Positions 27,135 through 39,512 of a stretch of 64,000 nt of DNA are shown one piece after another. Source of the DNA: Octopus vulgaris (Eukaryota); NCBI GenBank assembly GCA_951406725.2, contig OX597825.1:52142001-52206000 (forward strand), written 5' to 3'. Positions within the stretch are counted from its first letter, which is position 1; every line of letters begins with the position of its first letter. Both the position numbers and the translations under genes were made by a program. The notes beneath the pieces were generated by a model that was given only the letters and a program-made list of their open reading frames with translations, was not told the DNA's origin and made no database searches.

Positions 27135-27739
27135 TATGCCAAGTCAGGGAACTTTCTTTCTAATACCTCATTGTATACAGAATCCCATGCTTGCTATTTT
27201 AAAGGTGGCTTATTGAGTTGTGTTTTTATATGGTGATTAATTAGTGCATGTTCTTGTGTTAGCATGCATTTTCGTACATGGTATTTTCAAGTCTATAATG
27301 ATAACACACGAAGGCCATACTTTTTCATTGAGCCATGTCAGACGACTGCTGGAGTTACATCTCCATTTTCACCATTAAACCATTTGGTAACAACATAAAT
27401 TACCTGTCATGAGACTAATATATCATATGTATAAGGACATGTAATTAATTTCCATGTAGCAATCCCACTTTCAATGCTAAATACACTACCTTTTAAGTTA
27501 GTGTGTCCACACTTGTGTATACAAAGAAGTATCAGAAAGTTTCAGGACAAGATCTAAAGTGATTCTATTCAGTAAATAATTTAATCCATATATTATTTAC
27601 ATTTGGAGGTCTTAAAAGCATTGTGGAATTTCTCTTCCTGAAGGCTTTCCAATATTATTTCCAATTTGAATTTCATCTAGTATTTCAAGGTGGCTTCATT
27701 CCAGTTTCATTTTGGAGAAAATACCATGTGATAAGGAAC

Positions 27740-28120
27740 AGGACAAGCAAGTATAATGCATGCCCAAATTTATCTTGGTCTTGATGCCTAGAGTATGATT
27801 TCTCAAGATGTTACACAATTTTGAGAATGGAAATTTTGCCAGCACATTTCCTCTTTTGATCTCTTTCACACATCTTGTGCCTTCTGTGATCAAACTTCTG
27901 AGGTATTTGAAGGATGATATGTGGGGCTTCCCTTCTTTGTCACCACCAAGCACTCTATCTTCTTGCAATTCATGAACAGGACCTTCTTCTTGCTTTCTCT
28001 GACCACTATACCCAAAAGTCTCTGAAGTTCCTTTTTCAATTCTGCAAGTAAGACTGTGTCATCAGCATACCTTACGTTTGTAATGTTTCTGACTTCTACC
28101 CTAAGAATTTTTCCTTCTCC
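27740..28120 (-). mobile_element. RTE/BovB-like LINE RT fragment
   Basis: ITNVRYADDTVLLAELKKELQRLL and FKYLRSLITEGTRCVKEIKR motifs. Confidence 0.75.
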
Positions 28121-29339
28121 AATAGCAACGCTTGAAATTAACAGTGCCACCAATGTAGACCCTAACCTGGTGGGAACATGGGGTTACTACCATGCATCTA
28201 TATACAACATTATATTGTAAACAAAAAACATCTAGCGTACACAAAAATCACCTAGTTGAGAGATCCAACAATTACAGGTTTTCTCACTAGTGGTTAGCTT
28301 AGGAGCATCCCTATTCTGATTTCATTCCTATGATCCATTATCCTTGCGGTAGAACTGAAGTTGTTATTATTACTAGTATGTTTTTGAGAGAGGGTGTCAC
28401 CACTGTCACATACTGTGGTTATTAGTACTAGGGGCTATGGTACTAGTGTTGCTATTGTTGAAGTGGATAGTATTCCCAAGGCTCATAGTATTAGTATCTG
28501 GCAAGTTAGGATGGGGTCAAGGTGGATAGTTCATAGCCCACCCAACCCAGTAAGGTGGTTAAATGTGTGTATCTGTGTATATATGTATATATACACTTAC
28601 ACACACATGTGTATGCGTATAATTTTGAAATGTGGGGATTTATTGAATGATGAGTGCAAAATATTCAAAATCAATTGAAATTTGCCTCTTAGTTGGAGAA
28701 GGAATATAAAACCAAGTAGCTGATGATGATATGGGTGATGTTTTCCACACTGACATAGCAGAGTCAACATTTTCTATCACAATGTGGAAGTTTGGTGCTT
28801 GTTTGTCAAGTATTTAGTAGCTATTTCTTTTTCCTGGATAGTGGGGTAGTGAAGATATATCCTTCAATGTATGATGCAGTGTATCTCTCACAGGTCGAAG
28901 AGAGATGATTCTTCCTCTCAGAACTGTTGTTATACTCTACCTTATGGAATATGTACCCATGCATTGCTTTTGCTGGTAGGCTGCCAGCTTCCCTGCCAAG
29001 GCTAGTCCCACCTCCTCTGGGTCACATGAAACAGTTGCATTCTCAGAGTACCTGCTCAGTTCTTCAACTCTGAGGACGCTGTAAGCTCTCACTTTGAGTA
29101 TGCAAGGAATGAACTCATTTCTTTCTTTACTGTTTGGCTGGTGTTGTCTGAGTAATATAATGCAACATTCAAAGGCTATTTGGACTGACTTTATGCCTCA
29201 ACTACTATCACTTCATCTCACATAAATCCTATTGGTGTTACTGTTAATGTGAAAGTTGTCAGAGGTGGTCAGTACATTTCTAGGTTTGATGTCCAGGCTG
29301 CAGATCTTGTCAAGTGTCCAGTCCAGTGTACGTATGCAA

Positions 29340-29550
29340 TATAATGTAATGTAAAGTAATGTATGTATGTATGTATGTATGTATGTATGTATGTATGTAT
29401 GTATGTATGTATGTATGTATGTATGTATGTATGTATGTATGTATGTATGTATGTATGTATGTATGAATGTAGGTAGGTAGGTAGGTAGGTAGGTAGGTAG
29501 GTAGGTAGGTAGGCAGGCAGGCAGGTAGGTAGAACTGACTGACTGACTGT
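29340..29550. repeat. Compound (ATGT)n/(AGGT)n/(AGGC)n microsatellite
   Basis: Read directly. Confidence 0.95.
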
Positions 29551-31419
29551 CCCTCCCTTAATCCAGCCCATAATCCTGGCAAATAAACACTCCAACAAAT
29601 GAGATTTGATTGCTAGTCTTGCAGGTCAAATGATCATAGAGGGGTACCATGTTTGGTTAGGAGCTCCAGACCAGAGAATATGTAAATGACTGAGTACTAG
29701 TCTGTTATGTTTTGAAAACTGGTCTTACACACATAAAGACAGTATCATTCCTAGTATAATTTTCAACACATGATCTATCAATTGCTATTCAGTTCTTTTT
29801 ATTCATTTAGCTGTTTCAGTTTTTCTAAGCAAGCTTTGCACAGGTCTCATGTGCTTGATGATATTTTTGCTCAGATTTCAGATTAACCAACACAAAATTT
29901 TATTTCTTATTTTATTTTCAAACTCAGGAAACATTTAATTGCAAAACCTTAACCCAAAGATCTGCATAAACAGGTACAAATGTGGCTTTGGGGTTAAAAA
30001 GCTTGCTTCCAAGCTATTTGGTCTTAGGTTCAGTCCTACTGTATAGCACCTTTGAAATGGCTTTGGTCAGACCAGGGTCAGCCAAAGTCCTGTGAGTGAA
30101 TTTGATTGACAGAAACTGTATGAAGTCCATTGTATATAGACATATATATGTATACATTTGTGATGGTATGTACTGGTTTTAAATGGGCATGCTATCTTTT
30201 TTGTTTCTTGTTTTCTATGAAATCTGTCTAACGATGGTGAAATCTTACCTTGTTTGGAAATAGATGTAAGTTGGAAGCAAGAATGGCATCCATTTGTAAA
30301 AAATCTTCCTCACTAAATTCTGTTTGACACCTGCATGTCTGTCAACTGCATGCCTGACACCTGTAAGTATGGGAAAAGAGGACATTAAAAGATAATGGTA
30401 ATGAAAGATATATAAAAATACAGTTTTTTTAAATAGTTTTATGAGTGTTCAAAATTCTATAGCTTGTTCTAAGTTATGAACAGTATTGTTGAGTTAAGAT
30501 TCCGTAAAATCCATTTGTTCCTTCAAATATCCCAGATCCCCCATCTTTTGATTCTCAGTTATAAATCTTCAGCTTTAAGTCAGGCAGCACGTTATTGTGG
30601 AAGCTCTGTATCAAGGAAAGTCATTGACGTACAGTAGCTTCTGTTGGATTTTCATTTTGTAGCATTTCTAAAGATTCTTTGACACCAAGAATTTTATCTT
30701 CACATGCAACTCATCCAGTTAAGTGGCTTTTACATAAAATTTGTTGTTTCTTTTTTTAATTTTTAACTTCAGCATGTAATGGCACTTAAACTAAAGTGAA
30801 TATAAAGTTTTCTTATAATTATAAATTTTTGCAGTGACATTGTCACCATTGTGATAACATAAATAAACAGCGTTGCCTATATACATATACCTATATAAAT
30901 TTATATATTATATATACAGACATACATACATGTATATATGTTTATACATGTATATATATATGCATGTATGTATTGTTTATGCCATAAAATTTTAGAAGCT
31001 TAAAGAGGATGTGAAATAATTCTTATGATGTAAACAACATACAAGTCTCACTGGTGAAGAACAAAATTTCTAAAATGGTTAGAGATATTTAAAGGATTCC
31101 TTTGGTCAAATGTTTATAATGCTTATGGAAGAAGTGGGTTCAAATACCATGGGTAGATTTTGACTTTTCCTATCCAGTGAGTTTTTTATACCCCAAAATC
31201 TACATGTTTTATATTATAGCTTTATCTAGTTCAAATACAACCAATAAAAAACAAATTATGTATGTATATACATACATACATATATATATATAAATAAATT
31301 TTTATATATATAAAAGTTCAGGATCAAAGTGAATCAGGTCTTTAAATAGTAAAGCATCAAGGGCGGATCAATGAAATTGCTATCATATACAAAACAAAAT
31401 TAAAGGAACATATATATAC

Positions 31420-31900
31420 ACCTACCGAAGTAAAGACGGATTTAAATTCCAGTTGCATGTATGATCCCAAGTGTCTGATTGAATGCCACTAGTCTGAAGG
31501 TTGCACCAATGTAGAAACACTGCACGAGTTGTACTGCATTCAACAGACTTCAGTCCAACACTAATTGCAGGTTCCAAGTAAGGTGAATCATAAATAAATA
31601 ACAAGAGATGGATAGTGGTTCACTCACTGCAGCTGTTTCAGGCATGTCTTTTATTGATGAATAAAATTATCACATCATGTGGAAAAAAAAAGAAGCCATT
31701 TTCATCAGGTGAATATATGTGCAAATTAAATATTTTACAAAAGACATTCCATGAAACCAAGTAAGTAATTCGTGCATACATTAACCTGACGAAAATGGTG
31801 TTATTTTTTGCATGATGTAATAACTATTCATCAATAAAAAAACACAACTGAAACAGCTGTAGTGAGTGAACCACTATCCATCTGTTGTAATTTGTTATAT
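31420..31900. mobile_element. PLE-like terminal-repeat remnant arranged as an inverted repeat, each arm with a hammerhead-like motif
   Basis: 31595-31728 is the reverse complement of about 31766-31900. Arms carry CTGAYGA...GAAACAGCTGYA-GTGAGTG. Confidence 0.55.
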
Positions 31901-32115
31901 ATATAACAAGTGATGCAGCACAAAGTTTTGTCAGTGAACAGGTCGCGGTCTCAAACCGACGAAAATATTTTGACAAATTAAATTTAAATGTTGAAGTGAA
32001 TCTAACGGTTTTGTGTGTTTCTTAAATGGTTTATAAACACCTTCCATGCTGCAATTGTTTTCGTTCCAGCACACGATCTCAGATCAAGTCACTCGCTATG
32101 CAAGTACATCTCCGT

Positions 32116-32179
<64 letters not shown>

Positions 32180-32183
<4 letters not shown>

Positions 32184-33947
32184 GAATGGAGTTGAACGAC
32201 GAATTAACAAAATTCCTTTATTTTCGACATGTTTCGAAGGCTGCATATTCCTAATTGCGAAGGAATAAGGAGTATATTATGCCGCTTTCTCATCAGGAAA
32301 AGCAAGGAACTTATGTCAACATCAAGATGTACAAAAAACTTTTAGATGACTGCTCACACGGAGCCCATAGCGATAATGAGTGTCTCTTTAAAATATTCCT
32401 TTATAAGGAGTGACGTCAAAATGGTTGGCTGTAAGATTCTAGAAGGTTCTAAAGGTTCAAGGGTTCAAACGAAGAAGGAGAAGAGAGGCATAAGAATAGG
32501 AAGGTTAAAGGGTGCAGTTCAAATGAATGGTGAATTTTCTTTTGTGAATGAGTGTCTGTGTGTGTGACTATATAACTGCATTAATGTGTGTGTGTGTGTG
32601 TATGTGTGTGCGGGATTGTGTTTGTGGATGGGTGGATGTCAGAAAACAGACAGTGGTAAGGTGAACGGTTTGTGTCTGTGTGTTTGATTGTGCTTACTAT
32701 AGATAGAGGGAAAGAGAGAGAGAAAGAGAGAAAGAGGAGGGCGAGGTATAGGGACAAAGGTAACACATACCTCACTGGATTGGGTAGTAGTTCTTTGAAA
32801 GTATAAAAAGAATTTAGTGACTATGGGGGTGAACTATATAACAAAAGAGTTATATTAATTAAAATTCAAGGGGCTATCTATATTAATCATTATTCAAATG
32901 AGTGAAAGGTGTGTTTTTGCCAGTGCATGCATCTGTAGGACCTCTCGATGATTGTATTTATTAAAGGGACTTTGGCGAACAAAATATGAAAAAGTTCGGA
33001 ATTACAGACGCCACAATGTTTTCTGCCCTTATCAAATGGGAAGGACACCGACAATATGGACCATTCCAGTTTGAAAGTTGTATTGCTGTCCTTCAGACAC
33101 CAAACTAATTTACTTAGTCCCATGCTGTGTTGTTTTCTCTTATCTCGGAAAGTTGAATAATGGTTAGAGATCCTTTGGGCTAATTTAGAATAAGTTGCTC
33201 CAATGTAGAAGAAGACATCGGTTCCCGAAGAAATTTTGCACTGGTAAATGGTGTTTCTAATTTTGGAATTTTTGGATAGGAACTTTAATCTGTTGGGGTT
33301 AACATCCGATACTAAGACAGAGTTTTTATTGTTATGATAGGTGTAAATATTGTTGCTAGCATTGGCCACGATACTATTCATCTTATTATCATTACTATTA
33401 ATTGTAATATCATCGGCAATTTCTCTGACTATAGGAATGCTGGGATTGTTATCATCAATAATACAACTGTTATTAGAAATGCTGTTACTATTACCACTAA
33501 CACCACCGCTGTTAATAATCCGGCTAATATTATTATCATTATTACTATTGTTAATGCCAATGTTGCTATGAATGTTGCTAATATCAATACTATTTATATT
33601 ATTATTATTATTATTATTATATGTTAGGTTGGAATTGGTAAGGGCAGTGTCGCTACTCCTGGATGATGAGTCCTTATTTAGTAGCTTATTATTATGGGAG
33701 GCAATTATCTGTGATAGGTTTCTAGTGTTGGAAAATGCAATCCTCATCTTATGCGAATTGATAGTAGAGTAATACCTAGAATTCCTGGGAAAGTTCCTAG
33801 CTACGGCTTCACGGAGTTGTAAAGGGAAGTTAGACCTGATTTGTTTCCCGAAAGGAATGACAAACCAGATATAGTTCTTTTTGGACTTATAATAGCTCAG
33901 AGTGTTAACATTTACATTAAAGGGAGTATTTCTGTGTTGTAGAATTA
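32180..33947 (-). mobile_element. 5'-truncated Naiad-like Penelope element (GIY-YIG endonuclease plus 3' terminal region), flanked by (TA)n
   Basis: ORF 32890-33981: IWFVIPF...IIASHNNKLL linker, IYQC...FYIGAT...RISNH (GIY-YIG), LSKLVWCLKD, CGVC...CMH. The first ~12 codons come from flanking repeats. Confidence 0.85.
32221..32301 (-). ncRNA. Type I hammerhead ribozyme, core intact
   Basis: ttttc-CTGATGA-gaaagcggcata...tatgcagccttc-GAAA-catg-TC-gaaaa. Perfect 5-bp stem I, 10 of 12 bp in stem II, palindromic stem III (ACATGT), GUC cleavage triplet. Confidence 0.85.
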
Positions 33948-33962
33948 TATATATATATATAG

Positions 33963-34171
33963 GATTCAAATTTTGGTGCAAAGCCAGCAGTTTTGGGGAG
34001 GAGTTAAGTCAGTTACATTGACCCCAATGTTCAACTGATAATTATTTTAGTGACTCAGAAAGGATGCTAAGCAAAGTTAACCTCAGTGGAATCTGAACTC
34101 AGAATGTAAAGACGGATGGCATACCACAAGCATTTTGACTAGCATGCTAACAATTCCATGATCACTGCCTT
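33963..34171 (-). mobile_element. tRNA-derived SINE, family B
   Basis: Homologous to 13330-13538 and 50254-50470. Confidence 0.7.
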
Positions 34172-34597
34172 GTGTGTGTGAGTGTCTGTATATATATAAA
34201 AATATATATATATATATATATATGGTTATCAGTAACAATAAAGGGTGAAATTAATTAATTTGGAATAATTATTAATTACACCAAGTAGATTTCGGCATGT
34301 AAAAGCCTCATTCGAGGAAAATTTAAGTAATATTAAGCAATTAAGGGTTTAGCAACGAATTGCCTCACCAACACACCGAATTTAGAAATAGCAGTCAAAG
34401 AGATATAGCTATTCCTTCTACTAAAAGGCTATTCCTTCTACTATATATATATATATATATAGCTATTCCTATATATATATATATATATATATATAGCTAT
34501 TCCTTCTACTAAAAGGCTATTCCTTCTACTATATATATATATATATATATATAGCTATTCCTACTATATATATATATATATATATAGCTATTCCTTC

Positions 34598-34645
<48 letters not shown>

Positions 34646-34908
34646 CGGAGTAAGCACATAAATGTGAAACAAGGTGGAAAAAAGAGTATTAATAACGATA
34701 TGTATTTTGAATCCGCTCTTCGATTTAAGGTTTTTCCTTGATTTTTTATAATAGGACGAATTTATATTGAATTCATGTATATTGCTTATTTTGTTTATCG
34801 CAAACTTAAGACTGTTATTTGAAAGGACCAATGAAACAAATCCATTTTTTAAGGTGCATCCTTTAACTAGTTTTGATCATATCGTTATTTGTGTTCTATT
34901 TTAACAAA

Positions 34909-34948
34909 ACTGTCCGCCGAATGGGAACGAGAAACTCTGAGTAACATC
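34909..34948 (+). ncRNA. Degenerate hammerhead-like motif
   Basis: ctgt-CCGCCGA-atgggaacga-GAAA-ctctgag-TA-aca. Two core mismatches from CTGACGA; stem III ACTC/GAGT. Confidence 0.35.
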
Positions 34949-35427
34949 TTTTGTTATATTTTTGATGCTTTTAAATAAAGTACGCACACACACATATATA
35001 TATATATATATATACACACACATATATATACATGTATATATATCATGACTATTATGTTAAACTGTAGTATGTCCAAATTTGGTCAAATGCGTTTTTTTTT
35101 TCAATATTCAATTTTGCTTGCAATAGCTGGTTCTTTTAGTCAAGCTATCATATCCCCAGCTGCTTCAGATGCCAAGATAGGAAAATTGTCAAAGTATAGT
35201 ACAACAGTTTAGCATTTTTCAAAAGTGTAGTAAGTTCCACATACGACAGTTTTGTAAAAATATTTCTGACTGAAAATATCATACATGCCTGGAGTTACGA
35301 TTTTATGCACCCAGCAAAGTATTAAGCTGAAATTGTTGCTAATCTAAGAAGAAATGAAATGGTGCAACTATTTCATTTTCTGAAAAAACAACATTTTGAA
35401 CATATGACACTTTTGCATAATAACAAC

Positions 35428-35625
35428 ATCATCATCATCATCATCATCATCGTTTAACGTCTGCTTTCCATGCTAGCATGGGTTGGACGGTTTAACTGGG
35501 GTCTGGGAAGCCAGAAGGCTGCACCAGGCCCAGTCTGATCTGGCAGTGTTTCTACAGCTGGATGCCCTTCCTAACGCCAACCACTCCGTGAGTGTAGTGG
35601 GTGCTTTTTACGTGCCACCGGCAAC
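35428..35625 (-). mobile_element. 5'-truncated RTE-type 3' UTR / SINE tail
   Basis: Close match to 21932-22120, with (CAT)n tail. Confidence 0.75.
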
Positions 35626-36025
35626 GATATATATATATATTTTATATGAGTAAATGTATGTAAACTTGTTAAACAAAATAACAAACCACATAAGTGTATA
35701 TGCTAATTATAATTTCACTTGTTAGACAATTATTACCGACACTTGTTGCACACATACTATACATATGTTCAGTAAACATTTCTTCATATATTCATTTGTT
35801 ATACAAGTTTGTGCCTATGTGTACATACATATAGATAATGCAGAGACACGAGCACACATGCATACATAATTCCCTTTCTTGAAAATAAGTAAGGCCTGGT
35901 GATAGGTAAAAATCTGCTTCAAATGAGTCCCTGTTCAAAGTAAGCAGGATGTTACTAGCATGGTAAACAAGATGTTAAAGAAAAACAGACATACAAAACT
36001 CATATGTATATATAAATATATATAA

Positions 36026-36056
<31 letters not shown>

Positions 36057-36109
36057 AATATGCGTGTGTGTGTGTATATAGATATAGATATATATGTATG
36101 TATGTATAT

Positions 36110-36520
36110 CACCATCATCATCATTTAACAACCATCGTCCATGCTGGCATGGGTTGGACGGTTTGGCAGAAGCTGCTAAGCCAGAGGACAGTGCCAAACT
36201 CCACTGTCTTCTTTGGCAGGGTTTTTTAAAGCTGGTTGCTCTTCCTAACAGCAACCACTCTATAGAATGGAGCAAGTATTTTTTACATGGCATCAACATG
36301 AGAGAGGTCTCCTTTGACATAGTTCTGAAGCTGGATGCCCTTCCAAGTGTCAACCACATTACAGACTGGATTGACTGGTTTTTACATAGCACTGGCCAAG
36401 TCTGCTTGGCATGGTCTTTACAGCTGGATTCCTATTCAAATACCAACCACTTTACAGAGTGGATTGGATGCTTAGACATGGCACCAGCACCGGTGAAATC
36501 ATCAAGGAACTTGTAAGACA
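36110..36520 (-). mobile_element. RTE-type 3' UTR with diverged internal tandem units
   Basis: Three diverged copies of GCTGGATGCCCTTCC...CAACCAC...ACAGAGTGG, with (CAT)n tail. Confidence 0.65.
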
Positions 36521-37169
36521 AAGATCCTTTTAAAAGAGATGATTTTGTGTCAGGTGATGGGAGGTTAGATTATGACAGTGTGACAGAGAAAATATATTGT
36601 TACCCCAGTTGGAAGGAGAGCATGAGTGAGCAAGAGAAAGTGGGGAGATGAAGATAATGTGTCAAGGCATTCTTTTAAGTTACAAGGATGTGAATATAAA
36701 TAAAAAAGCAGAAGATTTCCCAGGATGTATGAGTAGGGAGTTCACAAGAATGCAAAGAGGAAGGAGAAATGCAGTGACTGGTGATAGCCAGGTATATAGG
36801 GAGGGTTAATGTAATAACAATAATACAGTTGGCAGTGGGGAGGATAGGATCTGGCTGCAAGGGTGGGGAGGGAAAGATAAGCAGAGTGAATGAAGAAGAG
36901 AAGGTGTAGTTTGGGTTATTGGGGTAGGATATGTAAAAGAAATGTTACACATGGGTGGAACACACAGTGCTTCCAGAACTCAGTTTCACTGAGGTAGACA
37001 GGTCTTCTGAAGATCATATCACCAGATATTTATATTCATTTATTATATGTGCATATATTTTTCATACATCCATCATATTTACATAATTAACAATTAAACT
37101 GGACAAGAGAAAATTAATTAATTATTTACAATAATTTTGACTAATAATTAGTGTTATATTATTTATATT

Positions 37170-37334
37170 ATTTACATTTTACTGATATTTGTCCTCATCT
37201 TGTTTGTTGTCAACACAATGTTACGGCTGATATACCTCCAGCCTTCATCAGGTGTCTTGGGGAAATTTTGAACTTGGGTTCTCATTCCTAAGGTAGTTTT
37301 CAATGTTATTATTATTATTCCAGGCAGTGACCTG

Positions 37335-37386
<52 letters not shown>

Positions 37387-37567
37387 GCAACAACAACATC
37401 GAAAAATACCTTGGAAATGAGAACCCAGGTTCAAAATTTCCCCAAGACACCTGATGAAGGCTGGAGGGTATAACAGCTGTAACGTTGTGTGGACAAACAA
37501 GATGAGGACAAATATCCGTCAAATGTAAATATTGTACATAATTCCTCGTCTCTTAAATATAGAACTG
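37170..37567 (+). mobile_element. Short non-coding hammerhead-bearing element with inverted 3'-end duplication (copy 1)
   Basis: 37170-37310 is the reverse complement of 37395-37531. Both arms read gacac-CTGATGA-a-ggctg...cagcy-GTAA-cR-TT-gtgt. Centre holds TTCCAGGCAGTGACC plus (AAT)n. Same family as 58547-59042. Confidence 0.8.
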
Positions 37568-39089
37568 AATTAGTGTTATACTTAAAATTTAGAAATGATT
37601 GATTTGACACAGTACTGAATAAACTGACATCCTGTGTCATCATTGTCTCCAAGATGACTTCATGTAACTAGAAATAACAGCCAAATTTCCTCCAAATCAT
37701 ATTTTACTTTCTTAAAGAACTTTGGGAAACTAATTGCAGCTACACTATTGCTGAAGAATAGATGAATTGGTTAAGGTTAAGGAAACCTTTGATCATAAGC
37801 TTGTCTCTAGCAAATATACTTAACTTAGAAATGGCTCGGTCCATCTAGCTGTAAACAGTAATGCACAATATGCTATATGACTAAGTACTATAACCAATAT
37901 CAGTACTGTAAAATTGATGTCTACTTTAGTACTCACTTGTACTTCCCCTGTGGGTATAATATGTTGAGGAGTTGGTCTCCCCAAAGTTGATTTGCAATAG
38001 ATATACTTGATAGAGACAGAAACCACCTTTGGTGCTTCTAACATCTAATGGCTTATGGGAATCCTCATGATTGTGTAAGTGTATAATTTCTTGTAACTCT
38101 GACAATGTACATATTTCTTTGGTAACTCATTTGGTTATCAAATCATGGTTGAAATAAAATAACCCAAGACAGATTCTGTTTAAGAATTTCCATTCATATC
38201 TATCAAGCAATATTTTCTTTTATACAGTTTTGTTAATTTTCTTTTATAGTGAAGAATTTTTTTTTTCCAGTGAAAATCTTTTCCTTCACAACTATGTATG
38301 AAACAAGTCTATATTTCTCTCAGAAAATTATCTCATGTAATAGGATGCCAGGCACCAGATTAGTTTGTTACTTCTTCTTTCTTTTTTTTTTGCTTTTGTA
38401 TTTTCATTACCAAACTCCCTCAAGTGTTAACCAAAATGATGATGAGATTGGCAAATAGATTGTCTAGGTGTATGGAAACCAATTCTTTGGGAATACAATT
38501 ATGAAACATAAACAGTTGAGAAATTTCTCATAAGTGAAAACAATTTCTCTACCCAGGATAAGGACATTTAAATTGTAGAGTTGTGCTTTTTCTTTCTTTT
38601 TAAAGTAAACAAGGAAAGCTTTCTTTTCTATCATTCCTTACTACATCAGCTGCAAGTTAGTTAAGGATTGGCAAAAATATCTGAGAAATCCTTTCAGTAA
38701 ATAAAAAATGAAGTGTATGGATATATATATATTTCACATTGCAGTTTAATAGAGAACCTTTTCTCTCTTAAAGTGGAATATAACAGAAAAATAAAGTGAA
38801 ATGAACAAAATAAAGTCAATAGCAGCTCTTGTGCATTCTTTCTTGCATCATATTATGTTTTCATGTTGCATTCTGTCAACACATTATGTGACTTGCTGCT
38901 TCAAGGATTTTAAAGTGTCTCAGCTAAAACAGAGGATCTTAAGATTGCTCTGAAACAGTCATAATTTCATATGTAGTCACTCTGCCTGCAAACATGTGTA
39001 TCTATAGACCATATGCAACTTCAATGCGATTGAGGAATTTGTTCACCTGGTAATGCGTAGAGTTTTTTTATATGAAAAGAACAAAGTGG

Positions 39090-39512
39090 TGAGAAAGGAT
39101 CTTCAGATGCTGATCCACACAGAGGGGATGATAGGGAATTGAGACTCCTGGTGGTTTGCTGTGCTTGAGAAGACATGTCAAGCTAGGTAAAGGTGTGGTT
39201 GTCATTGCTTACAGCCATGTCCCCTGCATCCCTTTCCAGCTGAGCATCCCTAATCTTGTGGGCTCATAGGTGTTGGTGCCATGTAAAAAGCACCCATACC
39301 AGTGCTGCATAAATGCACCCAATCCAGTGCTGCAGAAAGGCACCCAGTACAATTTGTAAAGTGGTTAGCATTAGGAAGGGCATCCAGCTGTGGAAACCAT
39401 GCCAAAACAGACATGGAACCTGGGCAGCTCTTCAGTTGGCTAGTTCCTGTTAAACCGTCCAACCCATGCCAGAATGGAAAATAGGATGGAAAATGACGAT
39501 GACGACGACGAT
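39090..39512 (+). mobile_element. RTE LINE 3' end and UTR
   Basis: WWFAVLEKTCQAR matches the ORF end at 12521-12712; (GAY)n tail. Confidence 0.7.

Noticed and set aside
31422-31604. 60-aa minus ORF ending at a GTAGGT donor-like site
   Set aside because: Continuous with the hammerhead-bearing inverted repeat, so most likely repeat-derived.
32890-33981. Possible selenoprotein-type Naiad (in-frame UGA plus SECIS)
   Set aside because: No in-frame TGA in the ORF, it ends in TAA, and no clear SECIS was seen.
34280-34320. Minus-strand CGAATGA-ggc...gcc-GAAA hammerhead-like motif
   Set aside because: The core deviates from CUGANGA, and stems I and III cannot be drawn convincingly.
34405-34640. Tandem GCTATTCCTTCTACT units alternating with (TA)n
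   Set aside because: Local slippage at a repeat end or assembly noise; no further structure.
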